Shown: piece by piece, positions 34,340 to 44,466 of the stretch
How positions within the stretch are numbered: the first letter of the stretch is position 1
Layout: the number at the start of each line of letters is the position of its first letter
The notes under the pieces: generated by a model
Told to the model about the DNA's origin: nothing
Databases searched by the model: none
What the model saw: the letters and a program-made list of their open reading frames with translations, nothing else
Translations under genes and position numbers: made by a program
DNA from: an uncultured Bacillales bacterium
GTDB taxonomy: Bacteria; Bacillota_I; Bacilli_A; RFN20; CAG-826
Length of the DNA stretch: 64,000 nucleotides
NCBI GenBank assembly: GCA_946409515.1
Contig: CAMJWS010000002.1
Span: 188,642 to 252,641, forward strand
Direction of reading: 5' to 3'

Positions 34340-35101
34340 TTATTCATTAATTGTTCCCTTTTTATAGAATTTGAGCTTTCTTGTCATAGAAGCATTGATG
34401 TCCATAATGTCTTTTTCTTGCAAACAAATAACTGTAACTTTTAGTTGTTTGTATGCTTTCATCTTGTAGTTTTTGGATTTAGTATATTCAACGTTACTTT
34501 CGTTGTATCCCCAATATTCGATATAAATATCGTCTGGATCATCGCCATAACCTGGCAAGCAGAAATCTGGATGCAAATCATGGCTTTCGTTTGCATCTAT
34601 TGGTAATTTCTTCTCATAGGCATGTGGAATGTTGTGATCGAATAGCCAGTTATCAATGATAGTTTCAGATTTTGATTTAACGATATGGCCGTCTGTACAG
34701 GTGAACTTGCCTTCATAGGAATCATCTAAAATTGTGATGTCTCTGCAGTTATTGATTTCCACTAATAGCTTTTTATCAGCGTATTTCTTATAGCAAGATG
34801 GGCAGAATAAGAATCCTGGTTTAGTTTCTTTGCCACAGGCAATACACTTCGCCACTCCTTCATATTCCTTTTGTTCTTTCGCTTCTTTTGGTTTAGCAAC
34901 TTCTTTCTTTGGTTCAACATAATCTTTGTTCAAGATTTTGCCTGTTGCCTTATCAACAAATAAACCTTTGTCGTTAACTTCGATTTTGCCTGCTTTTAAT
35001 TCATCTGCGTGTTTACCGCACAATAAATCCTTACGAGCATTACCCATATAAACACGGGTTGGTTGTCCACAAATAGGACAAACTAACTTATTATCTGCCA
35101 T
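34340..35101 (-). CDS. Zinc-finger plus PD-(D/E)xK-like nuclease domain protein
   Basis: CPIC..CGKH and CIAC..CPSC fingers; DGHIVKSKSE..IDNWL..YE..PDF..IYIEYWG. Confidence 0.75.
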   Translation of the reverse strand: MADNKLVCPICGQPTRVYMGNARKDLLCGKHADELKAGKIEVNDKGLFVDKATGKILNKDYVEPKKEVAKPKEAKEQKEYEGVAKCIACGKETKPGFLFCPSCYKKYADKKLLVEINNCRDITILDDSYEGKFTCTDGHIVKSKSETIIDNWLFDHNIPHAYEKKLPIDANESHDLHPDFCLPGYGDDPDDIYIEYWGYNESNVEYTKSKNYKMKAYKQLKVTVICLQEKDIMDINASMTRKLKFYKKGTINE

Positions 35102-35159
35102 ATATAAAACCTCATTTTTCATTGTATCGTGCAGGCAAGCGCGAATGCAACGAAATCAA

Positions 35160-36110
35160 TCAAAGCTCATATCTGTTTTTCGGTTCTTCGTTAATTAGCG
35201 CCATCATTTCTTCGGCAGCCAATTGTTTAATCTCTCTAACAGTATGCAATAGCTTACCTGAACTGGATTTGGCTCCAGGAATATTCAAGACCTTTAATTG
35301 GAAATAGTACTTAATCTTTAAAATGTCCTCTGTCTCAAGGATTATATATTGCGGATTGTTGCTGAATCTGAAGTTCAACAGGCACTTATCTCCAGGAAGC
35401 ACCACTGTGTTTCCTTCGCAAACAACCCAATTGTTATCATGATGAATTCTTTTAATTTCAAACATCGATAGATTTGAATTTTCTAATTCAACAAAAACTT
35501 CGCAAGCATAAATGTCTTTTTCTAATGTATCTGACATGCATAGTTTTTGAACAACATTCTCCACAGTTGGTTCTTTGCGAAGCATGTTATAGGAAAAAAT
35601 TGGTCTCGACTTTTTTATTTCATCTTCTCTTCTATCTTTATCTGATTTCTTAAACGTCCAAGACACGCCAACTAATGTAATTAGACCACCATACACAGCT
35701 GCGATAATTGGGATAACTATTTCTTTAATATTTTCATCAGAAATAATGTAAATTAAATAGATTGTGAAGCCGATTCCGACAATAAAGTCTTGTATCATTC
35801 CAAATTTTTCAATAAAGGACCTTTTGTCTTTAGGAAAAGTAAAAGCGGCACTCAAATTTACGAAAATAATAATCATTGCAGCTCCACCAAAAATGTATTT
35901 GCAAACAATGTTGTCGATAAAACAAGACATGTAGAATAAATCACACAATTCGTAGAAAACTATGAGCTTAATAGTGAACCAATTAGCATGCTTTCTAACT
36001 TTAGGCGTTATTTCTACAGTAGGATTCTTAAAAGCTATGTGTCTCATGTATAAAGGACCTACTAAAAACGCCAAAGCCAATACACTAAACGATATCCAAT
36101 ATCCGATCAT
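35160..36110 (-). CDS. Hypothetical multi-TM protein with C-terminal soluble domain
   Basis: SD AAAGGAG; about 5 hydrophobic helices, then about 160 aa beta-rich region. Confidence 0.75.
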   Translation of the reverse strand: MIGYWISFSVLALAFLVGPLYMRHIAFKNPTVEITPKVRKHANWFTIKLIVFYELCDLFYMSCFIDNIVCKYIFGGAAMIIIFVNLSAAFTFPKDKRSFIEKFGMIQDFIVGIGFTIYLIYIISDENIKEIVIPIIAAVYGGLITLVGVSWTFKKSDKDRREDEIKKSRPIFSYNMLRKEPTVENVVQKLCMSDTLEKDIYACEVFVELENSNLSMFEIKRIHHDNNWVVCEGNTVVLPGDKCLLNFRFSNNPQYIILETEDILKIKYYFQLKVLNIPGAKSSSGKLLHTVREIKQLAAEEMMALINEEPKNRYEL

Positions 36111-36219
36111 TTTGTTATCTCCTTTCTAAAATGTCTTCGACTTAATAGTAAGAAACCATCTAACTTTTCGCAATATAAAACTTGTGACTTTTGGGACTGT
36201 GTATTATATAGTCACAAAT

Positions 36220-36250
36220 AAAAGACCTCAATGCGTTTGCACTGAGGTAT
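36220..36250 (-). terminator. Terminator after glmS
   Basis: Minus strand ACCTCAGTGC-AAAC-GCATTGAGGT-CTTTT. Confidence 0.75.
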
Positions 36251-36254
36251 TTAT

Positions 36255-38033
36255 TTATTCAACGGTAACACTCTTAGCGAGGTTTCTTGGCTTATCAACG
36301 TTAAGTCCTTTAGCGAGGGCTACGTAGTAAGCAAGATAGAACGCAATTGACGCAATAGCGACACTACTTAAGTAATAGGCATAGTCTTCCACCATCATCG
36401 TATCTTCTGAGCGATATAAGCTCTTTGTGGCGATAGTATAGACTTTTGCCCCTCTAGTTTTAACTTCTTCGATATTGCCCCTCATAGATGAAGCGGTATC
36501 TGGGTCAGTAATAAAGACGATAACAGGGATACCTTTTTCAATTAAAGCAATTGGACCATGTTTAAGTTCTCCACCAGGGATAGCTTCACTATGGATATAA
36601 CTGATTTCTTTGAGTTTTAAAGAAGCTTCTAAGGATAAGAAATAGTCAAAACTTCTTCCAAGGAAGAATACTGATTTCTTATCTTTGATTTCTTCAGCGA
36701 CTTTCATGATTAAAGGCTTATAGTGATCTTGGATACCGTGTACGACATCAAGACAGTTTCTTAAGTCTTCAACCACTTGTTTATCATTGCCTAAAGCACC
36801 CGCGAGCATCGCTAGTAAGGTGACTTGGGCCACATATGCTTTAGTGGAGGCCACTGATACTTCAACCCCACTATGGAGGAGAAGAGAATACATACAGTTT
36901 CTATCTAAAGTGGAACCACCAGTATTAGTGATAATTAAGTTCTTTAAGTTATGTTCTTTAACGATTTTCAAACAGTGAATCAAGTCAGCGGTTTCACCGG
37001 ACTGAGAAATCATAATAATAAATGGTTTAGCCCCTGGATAAGTTGGATGGAAAGCCCATTCAGAAGCGATGAATCTACTTGTAGATTTGTTATATTTTTC
37101 TAAATAACGCCCACCGACTAGACCAGCGTGATAAGAAGTACCACAAGCAATAAAGATGATATGGTCAGATTCTTCTAAATCTTTTAATAAGTTTTTATCA
37201 AATTGATATTTACCTTTTTGGAAATAGGTATTGATTAATCTATTAACGGTTTGGGGTATCTCCTCTATCTCTTTGAGCATATAGTGAGGATAACCTTTTA
37301 AGTCATGAGAGATTAGTTCAACATCCTTATGGATAGCTTGTTTATCAATTGGTTTACCCGCTTTATTAAAGATGGCGACTTTATCATTAGTGATATAGCC
37401 AAATTCTTTATCTTCAAGTTCGATAAACTCATTAGTGTATTCAATCATTGGGGAAGCATCAGAGGCCACGAGATTAAATCCTTTACCAAGGCCCACCACT
37501 AATGGGGAGGCGTTTTTTAAGACGTATAGAGTGTCTTTTATATCATCGGTGAAGAATGTTATAGCGTAACTACCTTTGATCTCTGACATGACCTTTTTGA
37601 TAGTTTCAATGATGTCACCATATTCTAAGTAATAGTATTCAAGTAAATTAGCGACGACTTCTGAGTCAGTTTCACCATAAAAACTATAGTTCTTACCTAA
37701 GAGGAACTTTTTAAGTTCAACATAGTTTTCAATGACCCCATTATGCACTAAGCAGATACGTTGATTGAAAGAGATATGAGGATGGGTATTAAGTTTTGTA
37801 GGAGAACCATGAGTGGCCCAACGAGTATGACCAATCATGATATTGGTTTTGATTTCTTCTGGAACGATTGTTAATAAGTGTTCCACACTACCAACATCTT
37901 TATAGATCTTAATGCCACTATTAAAGTAGGCCACACCTGCGGAATCATATCCGCGGTAATCTAACATTTTTAAGCCTTTAAAGACATACTCTTTTGGACT
38001 AATTAAGCCCACTGCACCAACAATACCGCACAT
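36255..38033 (-). CDS. glmS: Glutamine--fructose-6-phosphate aminotransferase
   Basis: MCGIVG, YRGYDSAG, GHTRWATHG, SQSGET, PRNLAKSVTVE. Confidence 0.98.
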   Translation of the reverse strand: MCGIVGAVGLISPKEYVFKGLKMLDYRGYDSAGVAYFNSGIKIYKDVGSVEHLLTIVPEEIKTNIMIGHTRWATHGSPTKLNTHPHISFNQRICLVHNGVIENYVELKKFLLGKNYSFYGETDSEVVANLLEYYYLEYGDIIETIKKVMSEIKGSYAITFFTDDIKDTLYVLKNASPLVVGLGKGFNLVASDASPMIEYTNEFIELEDKEFGYITNDKVAIFNKAGKPIDKQAIHKDVELISHDLKGYPHYMLKEIEEIPQTVNRLINTYFQKGKYQFDKNLLKDLEESDHIIFIACGTSYHAGLVGGRYLEKYNKSTSRFIASEWAFHPTYPGAKPFIIMISQSGETADLIHCLKIVKEHNLKNLIITNTGGSTLDRNCMYSLLLHSGVEVSVASTKAYVAQVTLLAMLAGALGNDKQVVEDLRNCLDVVHGIQDHYKPLIMKVAEEIKDKKSVFFLGRSFDYFLSLEASLKLKEISYIHSEAIPGGELKHGPIALIEKGIPVIVFITDPDTASSMRGNIEEVKTRGAKVYTIATKSLYRSEDTMMVEDYAYYLSSVAIASIAFYLAYYVALAKGLNVDKPRNLAKSVTVE

Positions 38034-38037
38034 TTAC

Positions 38038-39372
38038 TTATCTACCTAAATATTTCTTTAATTCGAATTCACTAACAGTGGTATGGTATTCTTTCCATTC
38101 CTTTTCTTTAGCTTCGATATATTTTGGGAACAAGTGTGTTCCTAAAACTTCTTTTAAGATACTACTATTTTTGAAGTCTTCAATAGCAGCGTGTAAAGTT
38201 TCTGGTAAACAGACGATCTTTCTTTCTTTAATTTCATCATCTGTTAAGTCAAATAAGTTATCTTTCACTGGTGGGATGATATCTGCATCCTTAGTGTTTT
38301 TGATACCTTCTAAACCACAGGCAAGGATACCCGCGAGAGCAAGGTATGGGTTTGCACATGGGTCAACGTTTCTAAATTCTGTTCTAGTAGCCGCACCACG
38401 AGCCGCTGGGATTCTGACTAATGAACTTCTATTAGCGTCACTCCAACAAGCATAGATTGGGGCTTCATAACCACTGACTAATCTCTTATAAGAGTTAACG
38501 ATTGGGTTTGTTAATAAGCTTAATTCTCTAGCGTGACTAAGAACACCTGTAATCCATTTTTCACACATTGTGCTTAATTCCATTGGTGCTTTTGGATCAT
38601 AGAATAAGTCACCTTTTTCTTTGGTGAATAAGGAACAGTTAGTGTGCATGCCATTACCTGCTTGTTTATTAAGTGGTTTTGGCATGAAACTTGCTAAGTA
38701 GCCGTTCTTTCTTGCAATCATCTTAACGACTTGTTTGAAAGTTTGGACTCTATCGCACGCTGATACAACATCTGTATATTTGAAAGTGATTTCATTTTGG
38801 CCTGGGCCAACTTCGTGGTGAGAGGCTTGGACTTCAAAGCCCATCTTTTCTAACATGAGGGCGATTTCTCTTCTCACATCTTCACCACCATCGAATGGGG
38901 ATAAATCAAAGTAACCCGCTCTATCGCTGCAGTTAGTGGAAACACTACCATCAGCGTTTAATTTGAAGAGATAGAATTCTGGTTCGAAACCAACATACAT
39001 GGTTTCAATACCTAAATCATTCATCTTCTTGACTTCTTTTTTAAGAATATAACGTGGATCACCAATGAATGGTGTGCCATCTGGCATATAGACATCACAG
39101 ATGAATCTAGCAACGCCACCGATAGCGCTATCTTCAAATGGTAAGACTAAGAATGTATCTAGATCTGGATGAAGGTACATATCAGCTTCTTTAATTCTGA
39201 CAAAGCCTTCAATAGATGAACCATCAAACATAATCTTATTGTTTAAAGCATCATCGATTCTATTAACTGGGATTTCCACCGCTTTGATATCACCTAACAT
39301 ATCTGTGAATTGCATTCTGATATAGGAGATATCGTTTTCTTTAATGATTTTTTTGATTTCTTCCTTATTCAT
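38038..39372 (-). CDS. glnA: Glutamine synthetase type I
   Basis: FDGSSI, EPEF, HHEVGPGQNE, FMPKP, GNGMH, NSYKRL. Confidence 0.98.
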   Translation of the reverse strand: MNKEEIKKIIKENDISYIRMQFTDMLGDIKAVEIPVNRIDDALNNKIMFDGSSIEGFVRIKEADMYLHPDLDTFLVLPFEDSAIGGVARFICDVYMPDGTPFIGDPRYILKKEVKKMNDLGIETMYVGFEPEFYLFKLNADGSVSTNCSDRAGYFDLSPFDGGEDVRREIALMLEKMGFEVQASHHEVGPGQNEITFKYTDVVSACDRVQTFKQVVKMIARKNGYLASFMPKPLNKQAGNGMHTNCSLFTKEKGDLFYDPKAPMELSTMCEKWITGVLSHARELSLLTNPIVNSYKRLVSGYEAPIYACWSDANRSSLVRIPAARGAATRTEFRNVDPCANPYLALAGILACGLEGIKNTKDADIIPPVKDNLFDLTDDEIKERKIVCLPETLHAAIEDFKNSSILKEVLGTHLFPKYIEAKEKEWKEYHTTVSEFELKKYLGR

Positions 39373-39404
39373 AGTATTAAACCTCTTTCAAAAAACATGC
39401 TTAA

Positions 39405-39433
39405 AATCTAATACTACGAAAATATCATGTCAA
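39405..39433 (-). promoter_or_regulatory. SigA-type promoter of glnA-glmS
   Basis: Minus strand TTGACA-17 nt-TAGATT. Confidence 0.65.
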
Positions 39434-39512
39434 TATATTTCTATGTCAATTTTGCTTTACATACATATCTATATATAATATTAACTATGTTAAATAATAA
39501 GGATATATAATA

Positions 39513-39533
39513 ACCATACGATTTACATATGAT
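39513..39533. promoter_or_regulatory. LysR-type operator palindrome, copy 3
   Basis: ACCATAC-GATTTAC-ATATGAT, 18/21 identical to copy 2; upstream of glnA. Confidence 0.65.
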
Positions 39534-39534
39534 A

Positions 39535-39558
39535 AAAAACACCTCTTTCGAGATGTCT
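39535..39558 (-). terminator. Terminator ending the glg-leuS-pncB-GNAT run
   Basis: Minus strand GACATCTC-GAAA-GAGGTGTT-TTTT. Confidence 0.75.
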
Positions 39559-40120
39559 ATTTATCTAAGTAGAGAACCATCAGCTCTTCATCAAGATATT
39601 TGCCGTTTGGTAATCTAAGCACTCTTGGACGATCACCGGTTTTAACAAATCCTTTTGATGTATATAGACGTTTAGCTCTTTCGTTTTCTTTTATGACTTC
39701 TAGTTCTAATTGAGTAACGTTCTTTCTCTTTTTAGCAAGTTTAATCATTTCATCAAAGAGTAAGGAACCAATGCCCATGCCTCTATACTCTTCAGTAATA
39801 GCGATACCGATTCTACCTCTATGTCTAGTTTTGATATTTCCTAAGAAATCTAAGAAGCAGTTACCAACGATTATGTCATTGACATAAACTGCAATTAGAT
39901 AGCTATTATCGTTATCGTTACTACCACTTATAAAGGCTTCTTCTTTAGACATATCATCTAAATACTTTTGATAGTCTTCTGGAAGAGAGGTGATATAGTC
40001 CGTTGTGGTGGAAGTTTTAATAATACTATCTAAGAGTTTTGGTGCATCAGAAATCTCAGGAGACTTAAGAGTCACCTTTAAACCGTTCTTCAATGTAAAT
40101 TCTTTTGCGGCGTAAATCAT
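39557..40120 (-). CDS. GNAT-family N-acetyltransferase
   Basis: EYRGMGIGSLL acetyl-CoA motif; NERAKRLYTSKGF. Confidence 0.92.
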   Translation of the reverse strand: MIYAAKEFTLKNGLKVTLKSPEISDAPKLLDSIIKTSTTTDYITSLPEDYQKYLDDMSKEEAFISGSNDNDNSYLIAVYVNDIIVGNCFLDFLGNIKTRHRGRIGIAITEEYRGMGIGSLLFDEMIKLAKKRKNVTQLELEVIKENERAKRLYTSKGFVKTGDRPRVLRLPNGKYLDEELMVLYLDK

Positions 40121-40121
40121 A

Positions 40122-41219
40122 CTAGTAAATTGGATAAGGAACTTTCTTTAATTTGTCGTTTCTATAGTTAGCGCGACCTTCTTTAGCTTGAGGTTGACCG
40201 TCAAGCATGACGAGGTCACCTGTAAAACCACAGGTCATATTGTTAACAAATGATGTACCTACACCATACATAGTAACAGGAACACCTAATTTCTTCCATT
40301 CTCTAATCTTTTCTGCGTTGAAAGAAGAAGAAACTGTAATACCGACATAATTGAATCCATTATCATCTAAGGCTTTTCTTAAAGCGATGATAAGTTCTTT
40401 ACAAACACCATGAGGATCAAAACCACTTGTGTCTTTATCATCAAAGTAATGATCGATAAGGGCTTTAGATGTATCCACTCTCACGCCTCTTAACTTATGA
40501 CCTAAGTGTTTAGCGATAATTAAAGTATCTCTAACTACGTTATTATGATAGTCAATAAGAGCTGTGACTTGTTCATCTGGGAAACTCTTTAAATAGCAAT
40601 CAGCGGCTTTACAGATATCACCACCACAAATTTGGATTAAAGCATGAGGCATTGTGCCCATACCTTTACCACCCCACCATAAGCCTTGAGCATCAGTGCT
40701 AACTCTATTAATACCAGCGACATAGGTGGCATAACCATCACCGACTTGGGTGAGGTAATCATCTTGACGATCCGCCATGGAGAAGACTGGTGTATCACCT
40801 GCGGCATCAAGCACTTCTTTAACGTTAGTGGCTACACTACTTCTACGTGCAAGGACACCATCAATAACGGACTCTAAAAAGCCGAAATTTTCATAAGTAC
40901 CAGTCACTTTTAAAACTGGTTCATTAGCCTGGATAATATCCCCGTCATTTAAGGCTTCAATCAATAATTCTTCTGGATGAACAGCGAAAGTATGAAGAAT
41001 CGCGATTGCTTCATCAATGCCACACAACATGCTGTTATCTCTTCTTTGGAACCACTGCATTGTGACAATATGTCCTTGAAGGTTTTCACTAACAATCTTA
41101 CGGCTCTTTAAAAAGTAATTCGCACTGTAGAAGCCTTCACCTAATTCTTTTGGAAAATTAAATGTTTTGTTTGTAATACGGGAGATCTTTCCCGCTTTCT
41201 TTAATTCTACTTCCATCAT
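40122..41219 (-). CDS. pncB: Nicotinate phosphoribosyltransferase
   Basis: YSANYF, DGYA, GTMPHALI, LIDYHNN, GVRVDTS. Confidence 0.85.
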   Translation of the reverse strand: MMEVELKKAGKISRITNKTFNFPKELGEGFYSANYFLKSRKIVSENLQGHIVTMQWFQRRDNSMLCGIDEAIAILHTFAVHPEELLIEALNDGDIIQANEPVLKVTGTYENFGFLESVIDGVLARRSSVATNVKEVLDAAGDTPVFSMADRQDDYLTQVGDGYATYVAGINRVSTDAQGLWWGGKGMGTMPHALIQICGGDICKAADCYLKSFPDEQVTALIDYHNNVVRDTLIIAKHLGHKLRGVRVDTSKALIDHYFDDKDTSGFDPHGVCKELIIALRKALDDNGFNYVGITVSSSFNAEKIREWKKLGVPVTMYGVGTSFVNNMTCGFTGDLVMLDGQPQAKEGRANYRNDKLKKVPYPIY

Positions 41220-41710
41220 ATTTCTCTTTCCTCCATTTGGAAAAAATCTTTATCTAAATCGTCATCAGTAATTTCATCATCTAAGACGATTTCTTTTTCT
41301 TCTTCATTTATATCTAAATCCTTAAAGGTGGCCACTCTATCTTCTTTAACAAATGAACCATCTGCCACTAAGGTATCTTTTCTTACTTTTACTTTGTAAA
41401 TATTATTCTCTTTAGCGATATAGAAGCCTGATTCATCTTTACTAAGGAGCATAATGTCATATTTACCTAAATAGCCATTTAATATGGCAACTAATTCATA
41501 GTTAGGTAAAGTGATTAAACCTTTGAATTTAATCTTTACATACTTCTTTAAATTGAAGATATCGATACGATAAATCTTATCGTTCTTTTCATAGATAAGT
41601 AGGTCACCATCTTGCTTAGGTAAGAGGTTTTTAGGAAGTTCGTCAAAAATGACACTTAGATAAGCGTTAATTTTATCAAAATGATTAATTAATCCATATT
41701 TAGCAATCAT
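41216..41710 (-). CDS. Hypothetical protein with acidic tail
   Basis: 164-aa ORF coupled by ATGA overlaps on both sides. Confidence 0.75.
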   Translation of the reverse strand: MIAKYGLINHFDKINAYLSVIFDELPKNLLPKQDGDLLIYEKNDKIYRIDIFNLKKYVKIKFKGLITLPNYELVAILNGYLGKYDIMLLSKDESGFYIAKENNIYKVKVRKDTLVADGSFVKEDRVATFKDLDINEEEKEIVLDDEITDDDLDKDFFQMEEREI

Positions 41711-42315
41711 AACTTCTCCAAGATTAAACGATAGATTGGCTGGCCTAGTTCACGGAAACTAGCTTCATATTCTGTAATCTCATCAAATGGATCTTTACCA
41801 TCATAAGAATAGTTAGCTTCCACGAGTTTGAAAGTTGAGTTTTCAAGTATCTCTAAAGAGTAGGTAAATAAGTCATAATTATCGGTTTTAAAGATGAGCT
41901 TACCACCACGCTTGAGGATACGATAGTATTGTCCTAAGAACGAATCAGAAGTTAACCTTCTTTTTGCGTGTCTCTTCTTTGGCCATGGGTCAGAGAAATT
42001 AAGGAATATTCCTTCCACTGATTCCGCTTCGATGGATGGTAAAACTTGACCAGCATCAGCGTACACTAGCTTTGCGTTAGTCACTTCCCCTTCCACGAGT
42101 TTCTTCGCGGTAAAGCCCGCGCAGGTGACATTACGTTCCATGCCGATAAAGAATGTATCAGGATGGCTCTTAGCCATATTGACTAAGAACTGACCTTTGC
42201 CTGAACCAATCTCTAAATAATAATTTTTGCAATTATTAATAGCATCAAAAGCACACATCACTTCGGTGTGTTCTTCAATATATGGTTTGGCCCAAGGTTT
42301 ATATTTTGTTCTCAT
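41707..42315 (-). CDS. trmB: tRNA (guanine-N7)-methyltransferase
   Basis: LEIGSGKG, NFSDPWPKKRHAKRRLT, FKTDN, TEYE. Confidence 0.97.
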   Translation of the reverse strand: MRTKYKPWAKPYIEEHTEVMCAFDAINNCKNYYLEIGSGKGQFLVNMAKSHPDTFFIGMERNVTCAGFTAKKLVEGEVTNAKLVYADAGQVLPSIEAESVEGIFLNFSDPWPKKRHAKRRLTSDSFLGQYYRILKRGGKLIFKTDNYDLFTYSLEILENSTFKLVEANYSYDGKDPFDEITEYEASFRELGQPIYRLILEKL

Positions 42316-43682
42316 TATTTAATTAAGTTTCCTAATTCGACGATAGCATGAGCGTAGATACCCATGGATTCAACGAGATATTCTCTCTTGGTATTTTCAT
42401 TAACCCCATGCATCTTTGGATCATGACCTGGATATTCCATACCAAAGGCCACGACACTATCCGCTTCTTTAGCGTATGTACCACCACCAGAAGCGATGAT
42501 TTGTGTTTCATAGTCTCCAGTTTCTTCTTGATAGACATTTAATAAGGTTGTAATAAGTGGACTATCCTTTGGATAGAAGAGAATTGGAGAAATGCCTTCC
42601 ACTTCAATTTCAAATGGTTTAGAGGCTTCTTTAATGTTGTAAATCATATCTTCCGCTTTCACGGTTTCAACGTGACGGTAGTTAACAGTGACTTCTAACT
42701 CTTCATTTTCATAAGAGATTAAACCAACATTAAGGGAGTTAGTGCCCATATTTTCACTATTAGCGGCAGCATTAACACCTGCACCTCTTGGGTCATTTAA
42801 TAATTCGTATAACTTAATAAAGTCAGCGTTCTTATAATATTCGCCTAAATATTTAATAGCGTCTAAGGCAGCGTTTTTACCCATCCATGGGATAGAACCA
42901 TGAGCGGCTACACCATTGAATGTTAATAACATTTCATCCCCTTTAGCGAGGTAAGAATAATCTGCTTCTTTATTATTTAAATAAGAGATGAGGTTAAGGT
43001 CTTCTTTAAGAAGCACTTCGCACTTTTCAATAACAGCGTTACTTGCTACACCACCCTTAATATATTTAACTTCAGGGAATTTAATATTCTTTTTAACTTT
43101 AAAGCCAATAATACCTTTTTCAGCGTAAGTAAGTGGATAAGCGCTATCTGGAGAGAAACCATATGTTGGTTGTTTCTTTTTTAAAGTATGGAAATAATGT
43201 TCCATGCAAGCACTACCACGTTCTTCATTGCCGCCCACTAAGAAACGGACTTGATAATTACCAAGTAAGTTATTATCTCTTAAGGCTTTTAAGCCATAGT
43301 AGCAAGAAAGTAATGGGCCTTTATCATCAGCAACACCACGGGCGTATAAGAAGCCATCTTTTTCCACCATGGTAAATGGATCTTGAGGCCAACCTGTTCC
43401 CACTGGAACAATATCAGCGTGGGCCATAATGGTAATGTTTTTATCTAATTCGTTAGTTAAGATTTCAACAACGTAGTTACCATAGTTATTTACAATAAAG
43501 CCATCCTTTCTAGCTAGTTCAGCGATAAACTCTAAGGCTTTAGAAACACCTTTACCGAATGGATTATTTTCATCTACTGTTGATTCATCATAAGTAGAAT
43601 CAATAGCGACGAACTTTTTCAAATTTTCCATCATTTCCGCTTCATAGGAAGCAGTAAGCTTTTTGTAAAATTCTTTTTCCAT
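42315..43682 (-). CDS. pepV: M20 dipeptidase (PepV/Sapep family)
   Basis: HADIVP, ARGVADDKGP, NEE, AHGS, GGGTYA. Confidence 0.9.
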   Translation of the reverse strand: MEKEFYKKLTASYEAEMMENLKKFVAIDSTYDESTVDENNPFGKGVSKALEFIAELARKDGFIVNNYGNYVVEILTNELDKNITIMAHADIVPVGTGWPQDPFTMVEKDGFLYARGVADDKGPLLSCYYGLKALRDNNLLGNYQVRFLVGGNEERGSACMEHYFHTLKKKQPTYGFSPDSAYPLTYAEKGIIGFKVKKNIKFPEVKYIKGGVASNAVIEKCEVLLKEDLNLISYLNNKEADYSYLAKGDEMLLTFNGVAAHGSIPWMGKNAALDAIKYLGEYYKNADFIKLYELLNDPRGAGVNAAANSENMGTNSLNVGLISYENEELEVTVNYRHVETVKAEDMIYNIKEASKPFEIEVEGISPILFYPKDSPLITTLLNVYQEETGDYETQIIASGGGTYAKEADSVVAFGMEYPGHDPKMHGVNENTKREYLVESMGIYAHAIVELGNLIK

Positions 43683-43684
43683 AA

Positions 43685-44458
43685 CTACTCCTTCTTAATA
43701 TTTTTATTAACAATGATATTGAGCCCATCTAGATTGAGATTTTTATCATAGATGAAACTATCACCAAGAATTTCCTTAACATAAACAGCACCACCACCAG
43801 TAAGAATATGCTTACATGGGTAGCCGATTTCTTTTTCGATACGATTAATTAAGCCTAAAATCATATCAGCGTGACCGTATGTGATACCAGCGTTCATAGA
43901 ACTTAATGTGTTCTTCGCTAAAATTGATTTAGGGGCGATTAAACTAACTTCTGGTAATAAAGCTGCTTTATTTGAAAGAGATTCCGCACTTAAGGTCAGA
44001 CCAGGCATGATAAGGCAAGATACAAATGTTCCTGTTTTATCAAGTAAGAGAATCTTACTCGCAGTACCAAGGTCAGCGATGATACATGGATAACCAAACT
44101 TCTCTTTCGCGCCCACTAAATCGGCGATTAAGTCATTACCGATTTCACTAGGATTATCAACTTTAATTGATAAACCTGTTTTAGTGCCTGGACCAATTAA
44201 GATTGGTTCAATATTTATTAAGCTTTTTAAAGCATTTAAGATTGATAAATTGATTTGAGGGACAACAGAAGAATAGATGATGTTTTCAACATCATTTAAG
44301 TTGATATTTAATTCATTAATGTTGTTTTTAAACAAGTGATAGAATTCATCTTCTGTTAATTTAACATCAGTGTTAAAAGACATTCTTTCAACAAGAACGT
44401 TATTTTCATAAACACCAATCCCAATTGTGGAATTACCAACATCAAAACAAATGTTCAT
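43685..44458 (-). CDS. coaX: Type III pantothenate kinase
   Basis: DVGNS, SSVVP, EIGND, DLGTA, TGG. Confidence 0.93.
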   Translation of the reverse strand: MNICFDVGNSTIGIGVYENNVLVERMSFNTDVKLTEDEFYHLFKNNINELNINLNDVENIIYSSVVPQINLSILNALKSLINIEPILIGPGTKTGLSIKVDNPSEIGNDLIADLVGAKEKFGYPCIIADLGTASKILLLDKTGTFVSCLIMPGLTLSAESLSNKAALLPEVSLIAPKSILAKNTLSSMNAGITYGHADMILGLINRIEKEIGYPCKHILTGGGAVYVKEILGDSFIYDKNLNLDGLNIIVNKNIKKE

Positions 44459-44466
44459 ATCTTCTC

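Noticed and set aside
33417-36110. Prophage, integron cassettes or restriction-modification system
   Set aside because: No integrase, structural genes, attC-like sites or methyltransferase found.
39428-39461. Possible GlnR/TnrA box upstream of glnA
   Set aside because: Best match TGTCA-N8-TTACA has the wrong spacing (consensus N7); the TGTCAA repeats are explained as TTGACA -35 elements.
39468-39495. dif-like TCTATATATAA-TATTAA-CTATGTTAAAT, near the switch to mostly minus-strand genes at about 32 kb
   Set aside because: The left arm is poor, the region is extremely AT-rich and GC skew could not be computed; not supportable as a terminus site.
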